From: Verrucomicrobiota bacterium
Lineage (GTDB): Bacteria; Verrucomicrobiota; Verrucomicrobiia; Limisphaerales; Palsa-1400
Length of the DNA: 64,000 nucleotides
Direction: 5' to 3'
Assembly: GCA_049510745.1 (NCBI GenBank)
Contig: JBEKYR010000010.1
Location: 80,345 to 144,344 of the forward strand
Of the stretch, positions 19,000 to 28,439 are shown piece after piece. The translations under genes were made by a program, and so were the position numbers. How positions within the stretch are numbered: position 1 is the first letter of the stretch; each line of letters opens with the position of its first letter. The notes below the pieces were generated by a model that saw nothing but the letters and a program-made list of their open reading frames with translations, ran no database searches and was not told where the DNA came from.

Positions 19000-19644
19000 T
19001 CACACCGGCGATCCAGTACTCCCCTCACCCAATTGCAGCAGCTTGGTTTCGAGTTCGCCCACCCTTCGATTGGCCTGCAAGAGTTGGTCAAAAATCCCGG
19101 TGCGTTCCTTTTGAAGTTGCTCGATGAAAAAGTCTTTGCCTCGATTCGTAATCTTCAAATCCAGATTCTCCTTTTCCAGTTCCTTCACCCGTTCGCCAGA
19201 TTCTGAGACCGGCGCGGAGGCCCCGCTTCGCCCTTCCGCATCTTTCAGAACCGTGCGGAAAGATTCAGGCGGTTGCGGCGTTTTCGAGGCGGCCCTTGCC
19301 TTTTCTTCCGCAATGGCAGTTTCCGCACTCTTGGGTGTGATGTAGTATTTTCGCTCGTTTGGATCGAAATACGAGTCCAAGCGCGGAATCCCCTGACGAT
19401 TCGGCTGGCACCAGTTGACGATGCTCCGCTCCGTCCGGGCAACGCCGGCGCCTTCAAACAATTGTGCCACTTCCCGGACTGTCAGCGTGTGATTTTCTTT
19501 GCGTTCCGAAGATTGCGGAACGTTGCGGAAGCTTTCGGAAACGTGCGGAATCTTTCCGAAGGTTGCGGAATCTTTCCGCACGCTTCCGAACTCTGCGGAA
19601 TCTTGCGGCACCTTGCCGGACGAGTTTTGGTTGTTTTGATCCAT
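19000..19644 (-). CDS. HTH plus C-terminal coiled-coil protein (plasmid maintenance-like)
   Basis: LTVREVAQLFEGAGVARTERSIVNWC HTH; heptad-rich C-terminus VKELEKENLDLK...VGELETKLLQL; start set at MDQNN. Confidence 0.7.
   Translation of the reverse strand: MDQNNQNSSGKVPQDSAEFGSVRKDSATFGKIPHVSESFRNVPQSSERKENHTLTVREVAQLFEGAGVARTERSIVNWCQPNRQGIPRLDSYFDPNERKYYITPKSAETAIAEEKARAASKTPQPPESFRTVLKDAEGRSGASAPVSESGERVKELEKENLDLKITNRGKDFFIEQLQKERTGIFDQLLQANRRVGELETKLLQLGEGSTGSPV
19501..19620. repeat. 10-bp phased array (12 units, core T[GT]C[GC]GAA); second in-register cluster at 19231-19270
   Basis: gcgttccgaa gattgcggaa cgttgcggaa gctttcggaa acgtgcggaa tctttccgaa ggttgcggaa tctttccgca cgcttccgaa ctctgcggaa tcttgcggca ccttgccgga. 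Confidence 0.85.
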
Positions 19645-19725
19645 GAAGGTTTTTGATGAGGACGGGGAAGTCCGGTTTATCCACATTTGGAGCTCGCCTG
19701 GACTTGTGAGATAATCATACCACAC

Positions 19726-20076
19726 ATGAAAACAATAGGGGAAATCCTCAAGGAGAAAAACCTGCAACTTGACACGGAAAATCCCGTGTTGCGGGGCGGC
19801 TTCACCCAGGTCCCGAATTTCATCCTCAAAGACTCCAAATTGTCCGTCGGCGCAAAGGTCGCCTACGCCATGTTCCTGAGCTACGCGTGGCACAATGAGT
19901 CCTGTTTTCCCGGTCAGGAGCGGCTGGCGACGGACATGGGCATGACCCGGCCTCGCGTCACCCAATTGCCCCAACAACGAGGGCTACATACATGGTATGT
20001 AGGGGCGCGGATCGCGCCGGCGACCGACGGGTGGCTCAACAGAGCCATACGACTTCCCCAACGTGTCGTCGGCTAG
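19726..20076 (+). pseudogene. Truncated winged-HTH replication-initiator-like protein
   Basis: GFTQVPNFILKDSKLSVGAKVAYAMFLSYAW...CFPGQERLATDMGMTRPRV resembles a phage/plasmid Rep N-terminus; similarity breaks inside the HTH at about 19970. Confidence 0.6.
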
Positions 20077-20079
20077 CGC

Positions 20080-20159
20080 CCGACTTCGCGCTTTTTCCAG
20101 CAGGCTATCGGGATTCGTTCCGCCTAACCGGCGTCTCTCACCAAAAAGCGCGAAGTCGG
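20080..20159. repeat. Perfect 17-bp inverted repeat, 46-nt spacer
   Basis: CCGACTTCGCGCTTTTT / AAAAAGCGCGAAGTCGG. Confidence 0.75.
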
Positions 20160-20302
20160 CCGCTCCAGTCTGCCGCCGCCGCCGCCCCGCTCTCCGCGCG
20201 AATCAGCCAGACGTCAGACCATCGCGACCCCGCGCCCTGATCACGACGCCCGCCAGGATGGATTTGCCACCGCCGCCAATTGGCACTCGGGACCGGCCAC
20301 AG

Positions 20303-21070
20303 CTACGATCCCCGCAAGCTCCGGGTCTGGGCTGTGGCTTTGCTCAGGGGCTGCTCAAGCGGCAGGCGGATGGTAAATGCGGCCCCGCCCGTCGCACGGT
20401 TTTCAGCGGTCACCTGTCCGCCGTGGGCTTCGGCAAAACCTTTCACGAGAGATAGTCCAAGACCGGTGCCCCCGGTCCGTGCGCTTGGCGCTCGATAGAA
20501 TTTCTCGAACAGGTGAGGGAGGGATTCGGGAGGGATGCCCGGTCCGCGATCGGCCACGATAAGGAGCAATGTTCCAGCTTCGACCTTCACGCTCAATTGA
20601 ACCTCCGTGCCCGCGGGAGTGTGGAAGGCAGCGTTCGATAAAAGATTGGTCAGGGAATGCAGCATCAACTCAAAGTCCATTGGAACCTGCGGCAAGTCCG
20701 GAGCGATCTCAATTGTCAACTTGTGTTGCGCCAGTTCCTTGCGGGTCTCGCCCTCGGCCATCTGAATCAAATCGTTGACTTCACAGGATTCGAATTTTGG
20801 TTTGACGTGGCCGGATTCCAGCCGGGTGATCTCGATCACCTTGCCCACCAGCCGATTCAATCGTTCAGTCGCCTCTTGAATTTCCGCAATCATCGCTTTT
20901 TGGGATGCTGAGAAATCGGATTTCTCGAATTCGGCCATGTAGGCCGTGGCGCTCTGAATGACAGCCAGTGGCGTTCGAATCTCGTGTGAGATGGAGTCGA
21001 GCAGCGTTTTGCTCAGACGCTCCGATTCGGCCAGCACTTCCGCTGTTTTCTCGCGGAAATTCCGTTCCAA
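20303..21070 (-). CDS. KdpD-like histidine kinase core (HisKA + HATPase only)
   Basis: ESERLSKTLLDSISHEIRTPL, NLLSNAAFHTP, DRGPGI, FEKFYR, GTGLGL; no TM or sensor domains. Start uncertain (TTG 21070). Confidence 0.75.
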   Translation of the reverse strand: MERNFREKTAEVLAESERLSKTLLDSISHEIRTPLAVIQSATAYMAEFEKSDFSASQKAMIAEIQEATERLNRLVGKVIEITRLESGHVKPKFESCEVNDLIQMAEGETRKELAQHKLTIEIAPDLPQVPMDFELMLHSLTNLLSNAAFHTPAGTEVQLSVKVEAGTLLLIVADRGPGIPPESLPHLFEKFYRAPSARTGGTGLGLSLVKGFAEAHGGQVTAENRATGGAAFTIRLPLEQPLSKATAQTRSLRGS

Positions 21071-21095
21071 AGTTCTCCGAATTCGCGCCCGTGTT

Positions 21096-21121
21096 TTTAT
21101 GGTTTTTTTATGCCCTTGACC
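21096..21121 (+). promoter_or_regulatory. KdpE-box-like direct repeat next to a -35
   Basis: TTTATG-N5-TTTATG then TTGACC; resembles the E. coli KdpE site TTTATA-N5-TTTACA. Confidence 0.55.
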
Positions 21122-21193
21122 GCCTTTTTGACTACGCGGAGCCGAGTCTCCGGGTGATCCTGCTGTCGTGCAACATCCTGATGACTTAGCCGT

Positions 21194-21928
21194 ATGAAAC
21201 CCTATCCGGTCGCACTGATTATTGACGACGACCGCCCCATCCGTCGTCTGCTGCGCAACCTCTTGGAAGCGGACCGCTACCGAGTTTTTGAAGCCGAAAC
21301 AGCTCAACTCGGAATGAAGGAAGCCGCTGGCCGGTCTCCTGACGTCATCATTATGGAGTGGTCCTTGCCGGATATGGCCGGGCTGACTCTCTTGCAACGA
21401 TTGCGCGAATGGAATCACGCTCCCGTTCTCATCCTCTCCAGCCGGGATGCGGGGTCCGACAAGGTGCTGGCCTTGGACAGCGGGGCGAATGATTATGTGA
21501 CGAAACCTTTCTGCCCCGCCGAACTCATGGCCCGGCTGCGTGTGCTGCAACGCCCGCTGCCCGCGGAACCGGATGGCCCCATCTTCGTGCATGGCGGCTT
21601 ATCGGTCGATGTCGTTGCGCGCACGGTGACTCTTCACGGGCGCAAGGTTGACTTGACTCCGACCGAACAAGCCATCTTCTATACATTGGTTCGGCACGCG
21701 GGAAAAGTGGTGACACGCAAGCACCTCTTCCGCTGCGTATGGGGAACCGATTCCGAGAGCAAACTCCACGACTTGCATGTTTATATCGCAAACCTCCGCC
21801 AGAAACTGCGGGAAGCGTCCGGCCAGGTGCTTATCCAAACCGAAGGCGGCGCCGGTTACCGCCTGTTGGTTCCTTCATCTGATTCCACCGACGACAAACT
21901 TGTCGAGCCGAATCTGGCTGTAACGTAA
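21194..21928 (+). CDS. KdpE-like OmpR family response regulator (phosphoacceptor Asp replaced by Glu)
   Basis: IIDDD...PDVIIMEWSLPD...KVLALDSGANDYVTKPF...HAGKVVT...LHVYIANLRQKL. Confidence 0.85.
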   Translation: MKPYPVALIIDDDRPIRRLLRNLLEADRYRVFEAETAQLGMKEAAGRSPDVIIMEWSLPDMAGLTLLQRLREWNHAPVLILSSRDAGSDKVLALDSGANDYVTKPFCPAELMARLRVLQRPLPAEPDGPIFVHGGLSVDVVARTVTLHGRKVDLTPTEQAIFYTLVRHAGKVVTRKHLFRCVWGTDSESKLHDLHVYIANLRQKLREASGQVLIQTEGGAGYRLLVPSSDSTDDKLVEPNLAVT

Positions 21929-22002
21929 CAAACCTGTCGGCGGCCTTTTTTTAAGTAATCTCTGATTATCTCGGCCAAAAACGGAGATGGCCATTGCCCT
22001 CT

Positions 22003-22019
22003 TTAATGCGATTTTTATG
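22003..22019 (+). promoter_or_regulatory. KdpE-box-like direct repeat upstream of kdpA
   Basis: TTAATG-N5-TTTATG. Confidence 0.45.
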
Positions 22020-22235
22020 CTTCATCCGTTTCTTTGAGTCTCTTTTGTTTCAAATTGTCCGGCTTTGCTCACTTCGGCCACGGGCAACCCCGCCAATTCC
22101 GCGCCCTTCAGTCTTCCCCAAATCCCAGGCGCCTGACACGCAACGATTTGTGTGCGTTTTCGCCAGGCGGCATGGGCCTTGCTAAAGGGTGGGTGCGGTC
22201 ATCGCTGCATTGAGTGACATGAGTTTTGAAACAAT

Positions 22236-24134
22236 ATGAAATCAATTGAAATTATTCAGATTGTCTTGTTCTTCGGTTTGGGCATCGCCCTCACGCCGCC
22301 GGTAGGCCGCTTCATGGCCCGGGTGTTCAAAGGCGAGAAGACCTTTCTCCACCCGATTCTTTCGCCGGTGGAAAGATGGATCTATCGGCTCACGGGAGTT
22401 GATCCCAACGAGGAGATGACGTGGCTGAATTATTTTTGGGCTGTGCTGCTTTTCGCCACAGTCGGTTTCGCGGCGGACATGGCCATCTTCATGACCCAGC
22501 AATGGCTGCCGCTGAATCCGCAAAAATTGCCCAATTGCCCGTGGCATCTGGCCTTCATGCAGGCCTGGAGTTTCACCTGCAACGCCGACTGGCAATCCTA
22601 CGCCGGCGAAACGACCATGAGTTACTTCTCGCAGATCTTTGCCATCATGGTGCATCAATTCCTGAGCGGCGCGTCGGGCCTGGCGGTCCTGGTGGCGGTG
22701 GCGCGCGCCCTGCATCGGGCCTCGGTCAAGACCGTGGGCAATTTCTGGACGGACCTGACCCGCGGCCTCCTTTATTTCGTCATTCCGATTTCGGCGCTTT
22801 GGGCCATTCCGCTGGCCTGGCAAGGCGTTCCTCAAACCTTTCAGCCTTATCAAACCGCCAGCCTGATGGAGCCTTATACGACTCAGGTGCAGAAAACCGA
22901 CGACAAGGGCAATAACGTCACGACCAACATCCAGGTGGTCGTGTCCATGCCGAAGCTCGACGCGGCCGGAAAACCAGTCCTGGCCAACGGCGTTGCCGTG
23001 ATGGTGGATGTGCCGCAAGTCGATGCCAAAGGCGCGCCGATCATGACCAACGTCCCGGTCATGGTGGACGCCAAAGTGGATACCCAGCCGATCCCGCTGG
23101 GCGGGGTGGCGGCGTTTGAGTCCATCAAACAACTCTTCACCAACGGCGGCGGCTGGTTCAACGTGAACAGCGCGCATCCGTTTGAAAACCCCACGCCCCT
23201 GGCGAATTTCCTGGAGTTGCTAGCGATCATTATTGTGCCGATGGCGCAGGTTTTCATGTTTGGTTTGCTCGTTGGGAACAAGAAGCACGCCTGGACTCTG
23301 TTCTACGTCATGCTCGCCATGTATGTGTTCTCCTTCGGTGTCGCCTGGTACTGCGAGGCGCAGCCTAATCCGGTCATGGCCGGCGCGATGCCCAATATGG
23401 AGGGCAAGGAACAGCGGATCGGCGTCATGAACAGCGTGCTGTGGGCCGCCTCCTGCACGGCCATTGACAACGGGTCGGTCAATTCCATGCACGACAGTTA
23501 CATGCCGCTGGCCGGCATGATGCCGCTGTGGAACATTCTGATCGGGGAAATGCTTTTCGGCGGCATCGGCTGCGGGATGTATTGCATGTTGTTCCACGTG
23601 CTCATCACCGTGTTCATCGCCGGGCTGATGATCGGGCGAACGCCGGAGTATCTGGGCAAGAAATTGGACGCCTGGACGGCGACCTGGGCGGTGATTGGAG
23701 TCCTGATTCCCAATGCCGCCTGCCTGCTGCCGACGGCCCTGGCCGTCATGCTGCCGCAAGGTTTGTCCAGCATCGCCAACCAAGGCCCGCACGGGTTGAC
23801 CGAAATCCTCTACTGTTTCGGAGAGGCGGCCAATAACAACGGCAGCGCTTTCGCCGGCCTGAACGCCAATACGCCTTTCTACAATGTCGGCGCCGGCATT
23901 GTGATCTGGATTGGACGGTTCATCCCGATCATTGCCGCGCTGGCCATTGTCGGCCGCCTGGCGTCGCAAAAAACCGTCGAAGCCTCCTCGGGCACGCTGC
24001 CGACGCATGGCTGGACCTTTGGGCTGACGTTGACGGGCGTGATCGTGGTGGTCGCCGCGCTGACGTTCTTCCCGGTGTTATGTCTCGGACCCATTGTCGA
24101 GCACGGGTTGATGCTGGCGGGCCGCGGTTTTTAG
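22236..24134 (+). CDS. kdpA: Potassium-transporting ATPase subunit A
   Basis: WQSYAGE, TNGGG, NSAHPFENPT, MHDS, GLMIGRTPEYLGKK, NNGSAFAGL. Confidence 0.95.
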   Translation: MKSIEIIQIVLFFGLGIALTPPVGRFMARVFKGEKTFLHPILSPVERWIYRLTGVDPNEEMTWLNYFWAVLLFATVGFAADMAIFMTQQWLPLNPQKLPNCPWHLAFMQAWSFTCNADWQSYAGETTMSYFSQIFAIMVHQFLSGASGLAVLVAVARALHRASVKTVGNFWTDLTRGLLYFVIPISALWAIPLAWQGVPQTFQPYQTASLMEPYTTQVQKTDDKGNNVTTNIQVVVSMPKLDAAGKPVLANGVAVMVDVPQVDAKGAPIMTNVPVMVDAKVDTQPIPLGGVAAFESIKQLFTNGGGWFNVNSAHPFENPTPLANFLELLAIIIVPMAQVFMFGLLVGNKKHAWTLFYVMLAMYVFSFGVAWYCEAQPNPVMAGAMPNMEGKEQRIGVMNSVLWAASCTAIDNGSVNSMHDSYMPLAGMMPLWNILIGEMLFGGIGCGMYCMLFHVLITVFIAGLMIGRTPEYLGKKLDAWTATWAVIGVLIPNAACLLPTALAVMLPQGLSSIANQGPHGLTEILYCFGEAANNNGSAFAGLNANTPFYNVGAGIVIWIGRFIPIIAALAIVGRLASQKTVEASSGTLPTHGWTFGLTLTGVIVVVAALTFFPVLCLGPIVEHGLMLAGRGF

Positions 24135-24167
24135 GAAGGCAAACCGAGTATTCAAAGAGAAACGATT

Positions 24168-26348
24168 ATGAGCACCAAAGTTGAATTCAAATACTCCGCG
24201 CTGTTTCGTCAGGCGCTGATCGACTCGTTCAAGAAGCTGCATCCGCGCGACGAGATCAAAAACCTGGTGATGTTCGTCGTGTGGCTCGGCTCGATCTGGA
24301 CGACGATCATTCTCTTCCTGCCGGGCCAGTTTAACCTGTTCAATGTCCAGATTTGTTTCTGGCTCTGGTTCACCTGCCTGTTCGCCAATTTCGCCGAGGC
24401 GATGGCGGAAGGCCGCGGCAAAGCCCATGCGGACGCCTTGCGCGCCCTGCGCACCAAAACCATGGCCCGCAAACTGGTCAGCGGCAAGGAAGTCTCCGTC
24501 AACGCCGTTGAACTGAAGCTTAACGACCGCTTTGTCTGCGAAGCGGGCGATTTCATTCCCGCCGACGGCGAGATCGTCGAGGGCATCGCCACGGTGGATG
24601 AATCGGCCATCACCGGCGAATCCGCGCCGGTCGTCCGCGAAAGCGGCGGCGACCGCAGCGCCGTGACCGGCGGCACCAAAGTCATCAGCGACCGCATTGT
24701 CGTGCGCGTGACCGCCGAAGCGGGCAGTTCGTTTCTGGACCGGATGATTTCGATGATTGAGGGAGCGCGGCGGCAGAAGACGCCCAATGAAATCGCCCTC
24801 AACATCGTGCTCGTCAGCCTGACCGCGCTTTTCATCGTGGTGGTTTTTGTGCTGCCGCCTTATGCCCATTACAATGAAAACGCCGCCGGCCAAAAGGGCG
24901 TCGTGCTCACTTCGATTCCTGTGTTGCTCTCGCTCATTGTCTGTCTGATTCCGACGACCATTGGCGGATTGCTCAGCGCCATCGGCATCGCCGGCATTGA
25001 CCGTTTGATGCGGCGCAACGTGCTGGCGACGAGCGGACGCGCGGTGGAAGCGGCGGGCGACGTGGACATTTTGCTCTTGGACAAAACCGGAACCATCACG
25101 CTGGGCAACCGGCAGGCGACGGAATTCATTCCCGCGCCGGGCGTCAAAGTGGAGGACCTGGCGGATGCGGCGCAACTGGCGTCGCTGGCCGACGAAACGC
25201 CGGAAGGCCGTTCCATTGTCGCGCTGGCCAAGGACCGGTACGGCTTGCGCGGACGGGACATCGCGGAAACTTACGCGACGTTCATTTCGTTCACCGCGCA
25301 AACGCGCATGAGCGGCGTGGACCTTTACGACGAACGGCAGAACCCGCCGCCTGCCCAACGCACGCGCGAGATGGCCGTTGCCAAAGCGGGCGGAGGTGTT
25401 GCCCTGGCCGCGCCCCCGCAAGTGTCGTCGGATGCCAGGCCGATTCGGTGCATTCGCAAGGGCGCGGCCGAGTCGATTTCGAGCTTTGTGCGGGAAAACG
25501 GCGGCCGGGTTCATCCGAGTCTGATGGACAAAGTGGAGGAAATTTCGCGGCAGGGCGGAACGCCGTTGCTGGTGGCGGACCGCGGGCAGGCGCTGGGCGT
25601 CATCCAACTCAAGGACATCGTCAAAGGCGGCATCCGGGAACGGTTCGCCCAATTGCGCAAAATGGGCATCAAAACCATCATGGTGACCGGCGATAATCCG
25701 CTGACGGCCGCGGCCATCGCCGCCGAAGCCGGGGTGGACGATTTCATCGCGCAGGCCAAACCGGAGGACAAGCTGGCCCGCATCCGCAAGGAGCAGGAAG
25801 GCGGGAAATTGATCGCCATGATCGGCGACGGCACCAACGACGCGCCCGCGCTCGCCCAAGCCGACGTCGGGGTGGCCATGAACACCGGCACCCAGGCCGC
25901 GCGCGAAGCGGGCAACATGGTGGACCTGGACAGCAATCCCACCAAGCTCATCGAAGTCGTCGAAATCGGAAAACAACTGCTCATGACGCGCGGGGCGTTG
26001 ACGACCTTCAGCATCGCCAACGACGTGTCGAAGTATTTTGCGATTCTGCCCGCGATGTTCGGCCTGCTCTACGCCACGACCGCCGGTGGACGCGGCCCGC
26101 TGGACAAATTGAACATCATGTATCTGCACTCGCCGCAGAGCGCGATTCTGAGCGCGGTGATTTTCAACGCGCTCATCATTGTCGCGCTGATTCCGCTGGC
26201 CTTGCGCGGCGTCAAGTACAAGCCGCTCGGCGCCGCCGTGATTTTGCGCAACAACATGCTCCTCTACGGCATCGGCGGCATTTTCATCCCGTTTGTTTTC
26301 ATCAAACTCATCGACGTGTTGCTCGTCGCCCTTCACCTGGCCCCCTGA
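24168..26348 (+). CDS. kdpB: Potassium-transporting ATPase subunit B
   Basis: [32 protein letters not shown]. Confidence 0.97.
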   Translation: MSTKVEFKYSALFRQALIDSFKKLHPRDEIKNLVMFVVWLGSIWTTIILFLPGQFNLFNVQICFWLWFTCLFANFAEAMAEGRGKAHADALRALRTKTMARKLVSGKEVSVNAVELKLNDRFVCEAGDFIPADGEIVEGIATVDESAITGESAPVVRESGGDRSAVTGGTKVISDRIVVRVTAEAGSSFLDRMISMIEGARRQKTPNEIALNIVLVSLTALFIVVVFVLPPYAHYNENAAGQKGVVLTSIPVLLSLIVCLIPTTIGGLLSAIGIAGIDRLMRRNVLATSGRAVEAAGDVDILLLDKTGTITLGNRQATEFIPAPGVKVEDLADAAQLASLADETPEGRSIVALAKDRYGLRGRDIAETYATFISFTAQTRMSGVDLYDERQNPPPAQRTREMAVAKAGGGVALAAPPQVSSDARPIRCIRKGAAESISSFVRENGGRVHPSLMDKVEEISRQGGTPLLVADRGQALGVIQLKDIVKGGIRERFAQLRKMGIKTIMVTGDNPLTAAAIAAEAGVDDFIAQAKPEDKLARIRKEQEGGKLIAMIGDGTNDAPALAQADVGVAMNTGTQAAREAGNMVDLDSNPTKLIEVVEIGKQLLMTRGALTTFSIANDVSKYFAILPAMFGLLYATTAGGRGPLDKLNIMYLHSPQSAILSAVIFNALIIVALIPLALRGVKYKPLGAAVILRNNMLLYGIGGIFIPFVFIKLIDVLLVALHLAP

Positions 26349-26367
26349 ATAACTTGAAAGGAGATTT

Positions 26368-26985
26368 ATGATCAAGCTCATCATCCAAGGCATCCGCCAA
26401 ACCCTCGTCTGGAGCCTGCTCGCAGGCGTGTTCTATCCGGTCGCCATCACCGTCATCGCCCAACTGGCGTTCAAACACCAGGCCAACGGCAGTCTGGTGT
26501 ACCGCGACGGCAAACTCGTCGGTTCCGCCCTTCTGGCGCAGCAATTCACCGGCACCAATTACTTCTGGCCGCGCCCGTCGGCCTGCACGTACGGCACCGG
26601 GCCGGGCGGCATTTCCGCCTCCAGCGGCAGCAACCTGGGGCCGACCAGCGGCGCGCAGCAGACCAACGTCGTCAATAATACCGCCGCCTTTCTCAGCGGC
26701 AACAACCTCCCCACCAACACCGTTGTGCCGGCGGACATGGTTTATGCCTCCGCCAGCGGCCTGGACCCGCATATCAGCCCGGAAGCGGCGCGGCTGCAAA
26801 TCGCCCGCGTCGCCGCCGCGCGCGCCATGAAAGAAGAGGCCGTGAAGGAACTGGTGGAGAAATTTGTCGAGCCGCCGCAATGGGGATTCCTGGGACAACC
26901 GCGCGTGAACGTGCTGCTGCTGAACGTGGCGCTGGATCAGCTCGCCGCCCACAAGCCGGCCGGCAGCGCGGCCAAGAATGGATGA
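26368..26985 (+). CDS. kdpC: Potassium-transporting ATPase subunit C
   Basis: QANGSL, YFWPRPS, SGSNLGP, SASGLDPHISP, RVNVLLLN. Confidence 0.95.
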   Translation: MIKLIIQGIRQTLVWSLLAGVFYPVAITVIAQLAFKHQANGSLVYRDGKLVGSALLAQQFTGTNYFWPRPSACTYGTGPGGISASSGSNLGPTSGAQQTNVVNNTAAFLSGNNLPTNTVVPADMVYASASGLDPHISPEAARLQIARVAAARAMKEEAVKELVEKFVEPPQWGFLGQPRVNVLLLNVALDQLAAHKPAGSAAKNG

Positions 26986-27734
26986 GCCACCGCGCCGTGA
27001 GGCTCAGACCGACTGCGTTAATCGTTGACGGCGAACAGGGTATCCGGCGCTTGGCGCGCCTAGTGCTGGAGCAGGAACGCTACAAAGTGGTCGAAGCGGA
27101 CAGCGGCCAGACCGGGCTGGTGGCCGCAGTGGAGCACCAGCCGGATGTCATTATTCTTGATTTGGATTTGCCGGACATGGACGGACTGGCCGTGCTTCGA
27201 CGTTTTCGTGAATGGAGCCGAAATCCCGTCCTGATCCTTTCCGAGCGCGGTGGCACGGCCGACAAGATCAACGCATTTAACAACGGCGCCGACGACTATC
27301 TGACCAAACCATTCGACACCGCCGAGTTGCTGGCGCGCCTGCAGGTGGCCCTGCGACATGCGCAGCCCGCCACCGAGGAAACCATCTTTAGAAGCGGGCC
27401 TCTGACGGTGGACTTGGCCTCGCGCAGCGTCAAGGTGAACGGCAAACCGGTCAAGCTCACCGGCACAGAGTACGCCCTGCTCCGCCTCTTTGTCCGCAAT
27501 GCCGGCAAGGTGCTCACACATCCTCAAATCATGGAAGCCGTCTGGGGGCCTGGGCATCGTGAAAAAACCCACTATCTTCACGTCTATATGACTTATTTGC
27601 GCGAGAAAATCGAAGCCGTCCCCGCCAAGCCGGAATTACTGCTGACCGAGGCAAGGGTCGGGTACCGATTGAAGATGGACTCTTCCGTCCAGCCTGGCAG
27701 TGAGCGCACCGAACCCAAAGGCACCATGAACTGA
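26982..27734 (+). CDS. kdpE: KdpE response regulator
   Basis: PDVIILDLDLPDMDG, GADDYLTKPF, NAGKVLTH, HYLHVYMTYLREKIE; ATGA overlap with kdpC. Confidence 0.88.
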   Translation: MSHRAVRLRPTALIVDGEQGIRRLARLVLEQERYKVVEADSGQTGLVAAVEHQPDVIILDLDLPDMDGLAVLRRFREWSRNPVLILSERGGTADKINAFNNGADDYLTKPFDTAELLARLQVALRHAQPATEETIFRSGPLTVDLASRSVKVNGKPVKLTGTEYALLRLFVRNAGKVLTHPQIMEAVWGPGHREKTHYLHVYMTYLREKIEAVPAKPELLLTEARVGYRLKMDSSVQPGSERTEPKGTMN

Positions 27735-27777
27735 ACGTGATCGGCGAAACGCGCCGCCGTCGGATTCTTCTCATTCT

Positions 27778-28431
27778 ATGAAATACAAAGCTGTCCTGAT
27801 CCTACAGGTGCTGGTCGTTCTCGGATTGGGCGCGGCTTGGATTGTGCTTGAACACAGATCCGATGAACAACAGCGGATGGCCGCCAGCCAGGCCAGACGC
27901 GAGGCCGCCGCCGCTCAACTGGCCAAGGTCGAGGCCGACGCCAAAACCAATGCTGAAGCCACCGCGGCTCAAGTGGCCCGGCTTGACCAACAAATACAGG
28001 ACCTCGAAGCCCACCACCAGAATCTCGACACACAATCCGCCGACCTGCACAATTCGATTACGGAGCTCGATGCCCAAATCAAAGACATCAAGAGGAAACT
28101 GGCCGGTGCCATCGGTGACCGGGAATTGCTGGCCAATGAATTGAAACAGCTTCAGGCGAAAAAGGCCGCATTGGAAAAGGACTTTAATGACCTGGCCACA
28201 GTGCGCAAGCAACTCCGCAAAGTCAAAGCCGAGATCGTCGCCGCCCGCCAACGCGATTGGATTCGTCGCGGCGTCTATGCCAGTTTTAATCAAAAAGGGG
28301 GCGAGAGATTGGTTCATCCCGTCGTCGTGCTGCCGCCCAACACCAATTCCACCTGGAACGTCGAACTCCAGCACGGTGGCAGCGTCACAGACACAACGCC
28401 GGACTCGGCCAACGCGCCGGCCCCGCAGTAA
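27778..28431 (+). CDS. Membrane-anchored coiled-coil hypothetical protein
   Basis: N-terminal TM followed by long heptad repeats. Confidence 0.7.
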   Translation: MKYKAVLILQVLVVLGLGAAWIVLEHRSDEQQRMAASQARREAAAAQLAKVEADAKTNAEATAAQVARLDQQIQDLEAHHQNLDTQSADLHNSITELDAQIKDIKRKLAGAIGDRELLANELKQLQAKKAALEKDFNDLATVRKQLRKVKAEIVAARQRDWIRRGVYASFNQKGGERLVHPVVVLPPNTNSTWNVELQHGGSVTDTTPDSANAPAPQ

Positions 28432-28439
28432 AAGGAAAA

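Noticed and set aside
17821..19620. Periodic arrays as CRISPR
   Set aside because: The units are 10 bp with no unique spacers, and no cas genes are present.
22219..22239. kdpF
   Set aside because: Only a 6-codon ORF (MSFETI*) overlaps the kdpA start; no hydrophobic peptide of about 29 aa was found.
24078..26393. 771-aa ORF antisense to kdpB (and 51412..53409 antisense to the GH5-like gene)
   Set aside because: Codon-bias shadows of well-supported genes.
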